Assembly: GCA_017445755.1 (NCBI GenBank)
Contig: JAFSSE010000030.1
Span: forward strand, 7,890-71,889
Origin: Bacteroidales bacterium
GTDB taxonomy: Bacteria > Bacteroidota > Bacteroidia > Bacteroidales > UBA932
Direction of reading: 5' to 3'
Length of the DNA stretch: 64,000 bases
Shown here: piece after piece, positions 39,471 to 46,900 of the stretch
Layout: every line of letters begins with the position of its first letter
Numbering within the stretch: the first letter of the stretch is position 1
Program-made: the position numbers and the translations under genes
The notes under the pieces: generated by a model
Databases searched by the model: none
What the model saw: only the letters and a program-made list of their open reading frames with translations
Told to the model about the DNA's origin: nothing

Positions 39471-39575
39471 AAATGCCAATCTCATGGGCAAAAATGTCGG
39501 TTTTTGCTCATGAAAACCATAAATTGCCAATCTCGTGGGCAAAAATGCCGGTTTTTGCTCATGAAACCAGGAAGC
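39471..39575. repeat. Two tandem ~51-bp palindromic units (REP-like)
   Basis: TGCCAATCTCRTGGGCAAAAATGYCGGTTTTTGCTCATGAAA occurs twice; each unit is an imperfect palindrome. Confidence 0.85.
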
Positions 39576-39880
39576 CGAGTGGCTCATCAGGGATGCCATT
39601 CCCGTGTCGGATACGGAGGAGGTCGGCATAATCGGCTCCTCCTGTTGTCTTGAGAATTTTTTCACCGAATGATTCTTGCTGGTTCAGAAAATAAAACGCT
39701 ACCTTTGCAATGTAATTGTAGTGACAACTATTAGGCAAACTACAAACAGGCATCTATCCTCTAATGGATGCCTGTATATTTTTCCAACACCACCGAGACC
39801 ATTTTTTGAATATTGGCATCATTTTACTACTTTTGACAATATTTGTGAAATAAAAAGGAAGTGTATTAGAACTTAGATAT

Positions 39881-40534
39881 ATGCGGAAGGTTTTATCGTT
39901 AGTTGCAATTATCACTGCCATGGCAGCATCTGTTTCCGTCACGTCATGCGGACAGAGACAGGGGCAGGGGCAGGTGAAAGAGCAGGAGATGGTCGTGCCG
40001 CAGGATGGAGACATCGTATTTCACGAGTCCACCTCCCGTCAAAGTTCTATTATCAAATTGGCTCAAAACAGCAAATGGACACACTGCGGAATCGTCTTTT
40101 ACATAGGAGAGAAAGCATATGTGTACGAGGCGGTCGAACCTGTCAAATACACACCACTTAAGGATTGGATAGCCCGTGGGAAGAACGGAGTGTATTGTGC
40201 AAAAAGGTTGGGAAGCCCATTATCTGCCTCTACGATTGAGAAGATGAAGGCAGTTGGTATCAAGTACAAGGGAAAGCATTACGACACTTTGTTCCAATGG
40301 AGTGATAACAAGATTTACTGTTCGGAACTTATATGGAAGATTTACTCACAAGGGGCTGACATTGAATTATGTCCACCAGAACAGTTCTCTGATTTTCATA
40401 TCTCAAACCCTATCGTGAAGAAACTCATCAAGGAAAGATATGGAGATAAGTTCGACCCCTCTGAACAGTTAGTCTCACCCAAGGCCCTGTACGAGTCGAG
40501 CTTACTGAAAGAAGTCCGTTACTCTGAACTGTAA
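39881..40534 (+). CDS. YiiX/YebB-like permuted papain-like (NlpC/P60) amidase, probable lipoprotein
   Basis: GDIVF, S.WTHCG (His), YD..F.W...IYCSEL.WK.Y (Cys), VSP; AT-rich relative to flanks. Confidence 0.85.
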   Translation: MRKVLSLVAIITAMAASVSVTSCGQRQGQGQVKEQEMVVPQDGDIVFHESTSRQSSIIKLAQNSKWTHCGIVFYIGEKAYVYEAVEPVKYTPLKDWIARGKNGVYCAKRLGSPLSASTIEKMKAVGIKYKGKHYDTLFQWSDNKIYCSELIWKIYSQGADIELCPPEQFSDFHISNPIVKKLIKERYGDKFDPSEQLVSPKALYESSLLKEVRYSEL

Positions 40535-40611
40535 GGTTCAGTTTAACACAAACTCTTAAGGTGATACATCAAACGACGGGGAATTATTGTCACGTCAAAA
40601 AAATCATAATA

Positions 40612-41241
40612 ATGAAACAGTGTTTATCAGTTTTTGCCGTAACCGTTTTGCTCCTTTTTTGCGGCTGCGGGCCAACAAAGAAAGTATTGAGCACCAATTA
40701 TCAAGTGTTTTCGATAGAGAAGATGGTCAAGAACTATGAGGATAACAAAGACGGTATTGCGGATGCACTTGCTTTCACGGCAGATGCTCTCAATGACCAT
40801 TGTGGAATCCAACTCGTCTTGGACCAAACGGGGGTGTCACAGTTCTTTGTCTATAATTTTATGTGGCTTGGGACTAACAATCCTCAACAAAAGGATTTTG
40901 ACATTCTGATGCCTTTGGTGGGTCTGACGCAAGATGAGTTGGATACTGTTATCTCAAAACTCCGAAGTGTAAACTGCTTGTCAGCAGAATTGATGAAAAG
41001 TGGCAGTCAATTTGCTAAGGTGTTGTTTTGGGAGAACAAGGAGTGCGGCTATTATTATCACATCTACTATGATGCTTTGTCAGATGCAGAACTTGCTGAA
41101 AACACCAAAACGATGGAATACTGCATTCCGTATAGCAACAAGATGTTCTTGGAGTACAACCCCAAAAAGGACAATGCCGACGCTACTTTCCCTGAGAGGG
41201 AACAATATATGAAGGAACTGAATCTCCCAAGGAACGAATAA
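40612..41241 (+). CDS. Hypothetical lipoprotein (AT-rich)
   Basis: ORF with hydrophobic signal and FCG-C lipobox; no recognisable domain. Confidence 0.65.
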   Translation: MKQCLSVFAVTVLLLFCGCGPTKKVLSTNYQVFSIEKMVKNYEDNKDGIADALAFTADALNDHCGIQLVLDQTGVSQFFVYNFMWLGTNNPQQKDFDILMPLVGLTQDELDTVISKLRSVNCLSAELMKSGSQFAKVLFWENKECGYYYHIYYDALSDAELAENTKTMEYCIPYSNKMFLEYNPKKDNADATFPEREQYMKELNLPRNE

Positions 41242-41290
41242 CTGCTTTTTAATACAAAATGATAAGATGGAACGCTTCTTTCGTTTGGCG

Positions 41291-41319
41291 GCCGGTTTTT
41301 GCTCATGAAACCAGGAAGC
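41291..41319. repeat. 29-bp direct repeat identical to 39547-39575
   Basis: GCCGGTTTTTGCTCATGAAACCAGGAAGC at both sites. Confidence 0.9.
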
Positions 41320-41449
41320 AGGGCCGGGAGACGAACGGTAGGACCACGGAAACGGCTGCTGAAGGGCGATAAGCTGCATTCGCGGAAGAAGAAAGAAAGT
41401 ACTACGCTGCAAGATTTCCGGGAAACGGGATTTTATTGGAAAAACACTT

Positions 41450-42034
41450 ATGAAACGACTGTTTATCATAATAATAGCGCTCCTTTCGACGGTTTCGGCC
41501 CCGGCGCAGACCATGATAGATGACATTGGGGCCTGGGCTGAAGAATGGAGATACGCTTTCTCGAAGGAGGGACGTCAGAACTGGAAACCAGAGTTTACGG
41601 CACGAGCCTATGGCGGATTGGTAACCGGAGGATATGCCATCACGGGCGGCGTCAGAATTGACAGCAAGCGCACCCTCGGGCTGATGGTATGGAATGGCAC
41701 AACCTGGATTGATGCGGCTCCGGCACATGTTCACAGCATTTCCGCCGGTCTGTATAAGCGCCGTTACTTCCACCTCGGGAAGAAGGACATTGTGGCCCTG
41801 TACAGCGACCTCTCCATAGGCGCCGGGTACGTGTACAATATAAGTGGCGGGTATAGGACCAATTCCGAAACCGGCGAGACCGTCAAGACTATAGATTATA
41901 GCGAGGGCGACATTCTCTTTTCAGCCACCTGGCAGAGCGGCATCCGCGTCCGCTTCTGGAGGAATATTCATATGTTCCTGGGCCCGACAATTTCCACAAA
42001 CACTTTCGGACTCCATCTCGGAGTGGGATTCTGA
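41450..42034 (+). CDS. Hypothetical small outer-membrane beta-barrel protein
   Basis: Signal peptide; alternating aromatic/Gly strands; C-terminal GLHLGVGF. Confidence 0.65.
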   Translation: MKRLFIIIIALLSTVSAPAQTMIDDIGAWAEEWRYAFSKEGRQNWKPEFTARAYGGLVTGGYAITGGVRIDSKRTLGLMVWNGTTWIDAAPAHVHSISAGLYKRRYFHLGKKDIVALYSDLSIGAGYVYNISGGYRTNSETGETVKTIDYSEGDILFSATWQSGIRVRFWRNIHMFLGPTISTNTFGLHLGVGF

Positions 42035-42087
42035 ATCGCAGGATTTGTCCGAAGATTCACTATCTTTGCAGCAGATAAAAAACAGCC

Positions 42088-42921
42088 ATGAGAAGATTTT
42101 TATTCGCAGCAGCATTGGTGCTGCTCTCCGCAATGAGTGTCGGGGCCAGGGAAAAGGTCCGGGTCATGTCATTCAATGTCCGCCACATCGGCGAGGCCAG
42201 GGACACGGGGGTCCTCGCGTGGGACTGCCGGAAAGAAAGCGTGGTCCGGATGCTGCAGGACCTCAAGCCGGACATCCTGACCCTCCAGGAGGCGCACAAA
42301 GTCCAGTATGAGTACATCCTGGAGCACCTCCCCGGATATGGCCATATCGAATGGATCCTCGGCAGAGACTCCACCTCGACGGGGTCCCGCCAGTGCGTCA
42401 TTTACCGAAAGGACCGCTTCGAATTCGTGGACTGGGGCCATGTGTGGCTGAAAGAGGACCCAACGACCTTCGGACGGGGTTGGGATGCGGCGAATCACCG
42501 CGCATGTACCTGGTGCATCCTCCGGAGCCGAAGAACCGGGAAGACCTACTGCCAGTACAACACCCACTTCGACCACAGGGGCTGGGAAGCGCGGCGCCAG
42601 AGCGCCATCATGGTCGCGAACCTGATAAAGGAACTCCCGGAGGACACGGTGACCTTCCTCTGCGGGGACTTCAACATGACCTTTGAAAACGTGCGCATGG
42701 AACCGATAAAAGAGTTGATGGAACATGCCAACGACAAGGCCAGGAAGGCGGACCATTCCCCGACCTTCAACGGATGGGGGCTCCGAGAACTATATCTGGA
42801 CCATATATTCTACAGGAACGCAGATCCCCGCCGCTTCGAGGTGGTGAACGACTACGGCAAGTACGGGGTGATGTATCTTTCCGACCACAACCCCGTGTAC
42901 TGCGATTTTGTAGTCCGATAA
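42088..42921 (+). CDS. Secreted endonuclease/exonuclease/phosphatase (EEP) family protein
   Basis: MSFNVR, QE, NTH, GDFN, LDHIF, SDH.PV; -7 box TATCTTTG at 42061-42068. Confidence 0.9.
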   Translation: MRRFLFAAALVLLSAMSVGAREKVRVMSFNVRHIGEARDTGVLAWDCRKESVVRMLQDLKPDILTLQEAHKVQYEYILEHLPGYGHIEWILGRDSTSTGSRQCVIYRKDRFEFVDWGHVWLKEDPTTFGRGWDAANHRACTWCILRSRRTGKTYCQYNTHFDHRGWEARRQSAIMVANLIKELPEDTVTFLCGDFNMTFENVRMEPIKELMEHANDKARKADHSPTFNGWGLRELYLDHIFYRNADPRRFEVVNDYGKYGVMYLSDHNPVYCDFVVR

Positions 42922-42922
42922 A

Positions 42923-45900
42923 CTACCAGCTCACTTCGGAAGTATAGGTATTCCCGAAACGGTCACGGACAGTTACCGTGCCGGAAGTCGACGTAGAAGC
43001 AGCAGAACCGAAGCTTTCCTCGTCCACCTTGCACCAGAAAATATGGCGGGTGCCGTTGTCGTAATTGAATTCCGGATTCGATGAAGCCCAGTTGCTGTTG
43101 TTGGCCGAATAGTAGTCGTGAAGTTCCTTGAAAGCGATATCGTAGCGGCAGCCACTATCCTCTACCGGTTCCATGCTGACGGTCTTTCCGCCCACGGTAA
43201 GTTCCGGCAGGGACCACTTCCCGTCATAGAGGAAGACATTCGCATAGACATAGTTGTTGCCATACACTCCCTTCCCGAAAACATGCATCTGGTAGCTCCC
43301 GTCAAGGGGATTCCCGGAGCCGCGCATGACCGCCCGGCCGTCTTCCCTGTAGTCCCAGTCCCGGAAAATATAGGACGGAGAGCCGCTTACCGGCCTGGCC
43401 GTCTGCCTTTTCACAGGCTCGAATTTCCATGAGATGTCATCCGGCCCCTTCACTTCCATGATTACATAGCCGCGCGGAGTCCCGTCCGTACACAGGTAAT
43501 CATTGATCCACAGGGCCCCCGTACTACGGGCGACGGTGTGCTGCTCGATGTTCTTCCGGATATCGGTTTCGGGGTAGATATAATTGAAGGACGTATGGGT
43601 ATGGCCCGCGAAGGAATATACCCTGGAGTAGGTTGAAAGAAGGTTTGCGTAGTCCGTTCCATGAAGGGTCCCGTGGCTCGCGGAAGGGTCGGAACCGGTT
43701 TTCATGAACAGGGGATTATGGGCGCAGATGACTATCGTCGTGCCCTTGTCCACATAGGAAAGGTCCTCCTTCAGGAAGGTCCAGTCATCGTCGGTGAGAC
43801 CGTAGGTATATTCGGTCAGGCGGCCGTTCGAACTGGGCTGAGTCATGATGATGTCATCCACGGTGATATAGTGGATCCCGCCGCGGTTGAAGGAATAGCA
43901 GCGGGGACCAAGGTATTTTTCATAAACCCTTGCTGCTGAATCGTCATCGGTCGCCGAAGGGTCATTGTCATGGTTCCCTATGACCGACCATGTCGGAAGG
44001 CCCATAATCCGGATCCCCTCCGTATAACGGGGATACAGGGACATATTCTCATGGACCAGATCCCCGAGAATGATTGCGAACTTGTCCCCCGGGGTCTCCG
44101 CGACCTTCTCGGCGATGTCGTCGTAAAGATCGTCGGCGACATCGAGGGAATGGTAGCCAATCTTGTCATAACCGGCGGTGGAGGCGCGCGGCTGGGGGTC
44201 GGCGGCGAAAAATACGGTATAAGGAGCGTCCGGGTCGGAGCGCTTTTCGAGCCGGAACTCTATGTCACTGTACACGCCGCCGAGGGAGGAAAAGCTCTTG
44301 TAGAACTGCGGAAGCCCGTCTTTAACGTCCACCGAATAATCGGAAGGACAGCTGACATAAATGAATTTCACCTTCGAAAGGTCGGTGTCGAGGCCGAAAC
44401 TCCCGTCGGAGGAGGTTGCCGTGCAGTGGATTCCGTCGGAGACCACGACGCCGGCGACAGGAGCACCCGATTTATCAAGGACATGGCCCGAAACGGTAAT
44501 CTCGCCCTGGAAGTCCGAACCGCTAAGAAGATAGTTGCCGGACTCCGTCGCATGGCCGGTCCCGCTGCAGTTGGAAAGCTGCATTTCGACCCCGTTGATT
44601 TCCCCGCCGAAGCCGTTTTCGGATAGCTTTGACCCGATTGTGTCATATCCGACAACTCCTCCGGCCGAGCCGGCCTTTGCCACAATCATCCCGAAATAAC
44701 GGCACTGGGAGATACTGGAAGCCCCGTCCATCCTTGCGGCGATTCCGCCCGCAGCGGTATTTGTCGTAGTGGAAAGGTCCGCCTTGACAAGGCAGTCCGA
44801 AACGGATGAGGAAATGAGGTCTCCCGCTATTCCACCGGTATAATGGGCGATGCTTCCGGAATATGAGCCGGCGGTGAAGACGCAGCCGGAAATGGAGGTA
44901 TGGGCCGCATAGCCGGCAATGCCTCCGCAGAAGCCGCGCTTACCCCCGACCTGGATTTCAGAGGTGCATGAACGGATGGCCGAGCCGTCGCTACCGTCAA
45001 GAACCCCTACAATGCCTCCGCAGAAAACCCCGTCCTCGAGGGCTTCCTTATTGTTGAACTGCTGGGGATAAACCCTTGTCCCAGAGACGGAACAGCCCTC
45101 AATCACATAGGTCCCGCCGACAAGGTATCCTGCGATTCCGCCGACGCAGCAAAGCATGCCGTTCACCTTGACGCTCCCGGTATTACTGTGGACAGAACCC
45201 GACTGGGAGCAGTTTTTTACAGTCAGGACTGCGTCCCTCGCATATCCGACAATTCCTCCCAGCAGAATCCCGTTATGGGACAGTCCGTCCGATACGCAGC
45301 TGTAGAGGATGTCCGAGTAGTTATGGCAGCCCTCAATTCTCGCCTTCTGTCCCGCGACCTCGCCGGCGATTCCGCCAAGGCGAATGTCAGCATCCGCTCC
45401 AGGGGATTTCATCTGGACGGTAGCGCGGTTGGTACATGAAAGGATGGTTCCCCGGCATACGCCGGCAAACGGGCCGAAACTGACGGCTGACCGCCCGGAC
45501 TGGTCGAGGAAGGTGCAGTCGGAGGATATATTCAGGTTACGGATGATGCCGCCTTCCCCGAGGACTGCGACGAGCGGGGTAAAGGCGGAATAATTCCGGA
45601 TCGCATGGTTATTCCCTTCCAGGACCCCGAGGAAGGGCCTTTCACGGGTTCCGATACCGGGAAAAGACGATGACGAAGACGAGTCGAAGGAGAGGTCCGC
45701 ATCGATAAGGACCACAACATCGTCCGACACTTCCCCGGAAGAGTTATACTGAGTAGCGAAAGAGAGTAGCTGCGAGGCCGTTTTAACAAGGACCGTATCC
45801 CCGCTTTCCGCAGGGTCCGTATTCGGGTCCGTGCCCGGATTCGTGGTCGGCTTTTCCGTTGCATTCCTTATCGCATCCTCATTACTGCAGGACGCGAAAG

Positions 45901-45946
45901 AGAGGAATGTATAGAGCACCGCAAATACTAAGCTCTTTCCTGTCAT
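42923..45946 (-). CDS. Large lipoprotein: GLUG-like/beta-solenoid N-terminal region fused to a calcineurin-like metallophosphoesterase
   Basis: FAS-C lipobox; repeated GGI(A/V)G motifs; GVVVSDG N-terminal domain; DPQ, GD, GNHD, H and GHTH; DGTPRGY. Confidence 0.82.
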   Translation of the reverse strand: MTGKSLVFAVLYTFLSFASCSNEDAIRNATEKPTTNPGTDPNTDPAESGDTVLVKTASQLLSFATQYNSSGEVSDDVVVLIDADLSFDSSSSSSFPGIGTRERPFLGVLEGNNHAIRNYSAFTPLVAVLGEGGIIRNLNISSDCTFLDQSGRSAVSFGPFAGVCRGTILSCTNRATVQMKSPGADADIRLGGIAGEVAGQKARIEGCHNYSDILYSCVSDGLSHNGILLGGIVGYARDAVLTVKNCSQSGSVHSNTGSVKVNGMLCCVGGIAGYLVGGTYVIEGCSVSGTRVYPQQFNNKEALEDGVFCGGIVGVLDGSDGSAIRSCTSEIQVGGKRGFCGGIAGYAAHTSISGCVFTAGSYSGSIAHYTGGIAGDLISSSVSDCLVKADLSTTTNTAAGGIAARMDGASSISQCRYFGMIVAKAGSAGGVVGYDTIGSKLSENGFGGEINGVEMQLSNCSGTGHATESGNYLLSGSDFQGEITVSGHVLDKSGAPVAGVVVSDGIHCTATSSDGSFGLDTDLSKVKFIYVSCPSDYSVDVKDGLPQFYKSFSSLGGVYSDIEFRLEKRSDPDAPYTVFFAADPQPRASTAGYDKIGYHSLDVADDLYDDIAEKVAETPGDKFAIILGDLVHENMSLYPRYTEGIRIMGLPTWSVIGNHDNDPSATDDDSAARVYEKYLGPRCYSFNRGGIHYITVDDIIMTQPSSNGRLTEYTYGLTDDDWTFLKEDLSYVDKGTTIVICAHNPLFMKTGSDPSASHGTLHGTDYANLLSTYSRVYSFAGHTHTSFNYIYPETDIRKNIEQHTVARSTGALWINDYLCTDGTPRGYVIMEVKGPDDISWKFEPVKRQTARPVSGSPSYIFRDWDYREDGRAVMRGSGNPLDGSYQMHVFGKGVYGNNYVYANVFLYDGKWSLPELTVGGKTVSMEPVEDSGCRYDIAFKELHDYYSANNSNWASSNPEFNYDNGTRHIFWCKVDEESFGSAASTSTSGTVTVRDRFGNTYTSEVSW

Positions 45947-45947
45947 C

Positions 45948-46529
45948 TTAGAAACGTCCGGAAATCACTTCCCAGTCGAGAATGTTCCAAAGGGCGGAAA
46001 TATACTCCGGCCGGCGATTGCGGTAGTCGACATAATAGGCATGCTCCCAGACATCGAAAGTGAGAATCGGGGTGAGTCCGGCAGCAATCGGGTTATCTGC
46101 ATTCTGGCACTGAAGAATCTCGAGTGAGCCGTCTTTTGTGGCGGCAAGCCAGACCCAGCCGGATCCGAAAAGTCCGGCCGCCTTCGCCGAGAATTCCTTC
46201 TTGAACGCATCAAACGAACCGAAGGTCCGGTCAATTGCTTCTGCAAGTTTCCCAACCGGCTCCTTTGCCTTCGGGGCAGGAGCAAACTGGAGGAAGTAGA
46301 AATTGTGGTTCAGTATCTGGCCGGCATTGTTGAAAACAGGGCCTTTCGGCGCGGCAGCGACAATCTCCTCCAGCGACTTCCCTTCGAAACCGCTTCCCGG
46401 AATGGCGGCGGCGAGGTTGTTCACATAGGTATTGAGGTGCTTTCCATGGTGGAGGGCGAGGGTCTCTGCACTGAGGACGGGCTCCAGGGCACCATATCCG
46501 TAAGGTAATTCTATCAGTCGTGTATCCAT
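45948..46529 (-). CDS. sod: Fe/Mn superoxide dismutase
   Basis: HHGKH, NNAGQ.LNH, FGSGW.WL, DVWEHAYY; true start MDTRLIELPY at 46529; -7 box at 46554-46561. Confidence 0.95.
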   Translation of the reverse strand: MDTRLIELPYGYGALEPVLSAETLALHHGKHLNTYVNNLAAAIPGSGFEGKSLEEIVAAAPKGPVFNNAGQILNHNFYFLQFAPAPKAKEPVGKLAEAIDRTFGSFDAFKKEFSAKAAGLFGSGWVWLAATKDGSLEILQCQNADNPIAAGLTPILTFDVWEHAYYVDYRNRRPEYISALWNILDWEVISGRF

Positions 46530-46607
46530 GGTCGTTTGGTTTATCAGTTCCCACAAAGATAGAGAAACTTTTCCGGAATCCATACATGTTCCCTTCCGCG
46601 AGTACAT

Positions 46608-46645
46608 AAAAAAATCCGCAAACACAGTTTCCCTGCATTCGCGGA
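46608..46645 (-). terminator. Intrinsic terminator after tRNA-Val
   Basis: Minus strand TCCGCGAATGCAG-GGAAA-CTGTGTTTGCGGA followed by a T run. Confidence 0.65.
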
Positions 46646-46654
46646 AAAAAAGAG

Positions 46655-46729
46655 TGGGCGCAGGCAGATTCGAACTGTCGACCCCCTGCTTGTAAGGCAG
46701 GTGCTCTGAACCGACTGAGCTATGCGCCC
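46655..46729 (-). tRNA. tRNA-Val (TAC)
   Basis: GGGCGCATAGCTCAG...TTACAA...GTTCGAATC...TGCGCCCA cloverleaf; -7 box TACCTTTG at 46747-46754. Confidence 0.96.
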
Positions 46730-46863
46730 TTTTCAGATTGGGACGACAAAGGTACATTTTTTTTCTTCGCCACGCAAATTTTTCTTTGCGACAGGTGGCC
46801 GCAGGAGTGTCATACTCGGAGTCACCAGCTGGGCAACCACCGACGAGGCCGTCGCCTCTTTAA

Positions 46864-46897
46864 TTGTCAACCTACCCTTTTACGGGCAGGTTGGCAA
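46864..46897. repeat. Palindromic repeat copy 2 (GTCAACCTACCC family), 3' of the alpha-2-macroglobulin gene
   Basis: TTGTCAACCTACCC-TTTTAC-GGGCAGGTTGGCAA. Confidence 0.78.
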
Positions 46898-46900
46898 ATC

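Noticed and set aside
39471-39575. Possible mini-CRISPR array (also 59372-59473)
   Set aside because: Only two contiguous units, no unique spacers, and no cas genes in the window.
39299-39876. Small ORFs across tRNA-His and the repeat region
   Set aside because: They are translations of tRNA, terminator, repeat and promoter DNA with no coding support.
39316-42034. Classical tRNA-integrated genomic island or prophage
   Set aside because: No integrase and no duplicated tRNA-His 3' end were seen. The region is reported instead as a repeat-flanked cassette.
46530-46757. 76-aa N-terminal extension of SOD in the ORF track
   Set aside because: It reads through tRNA-Val and its terminator. The -7 box at 46554-46561 supports the start at 46529.
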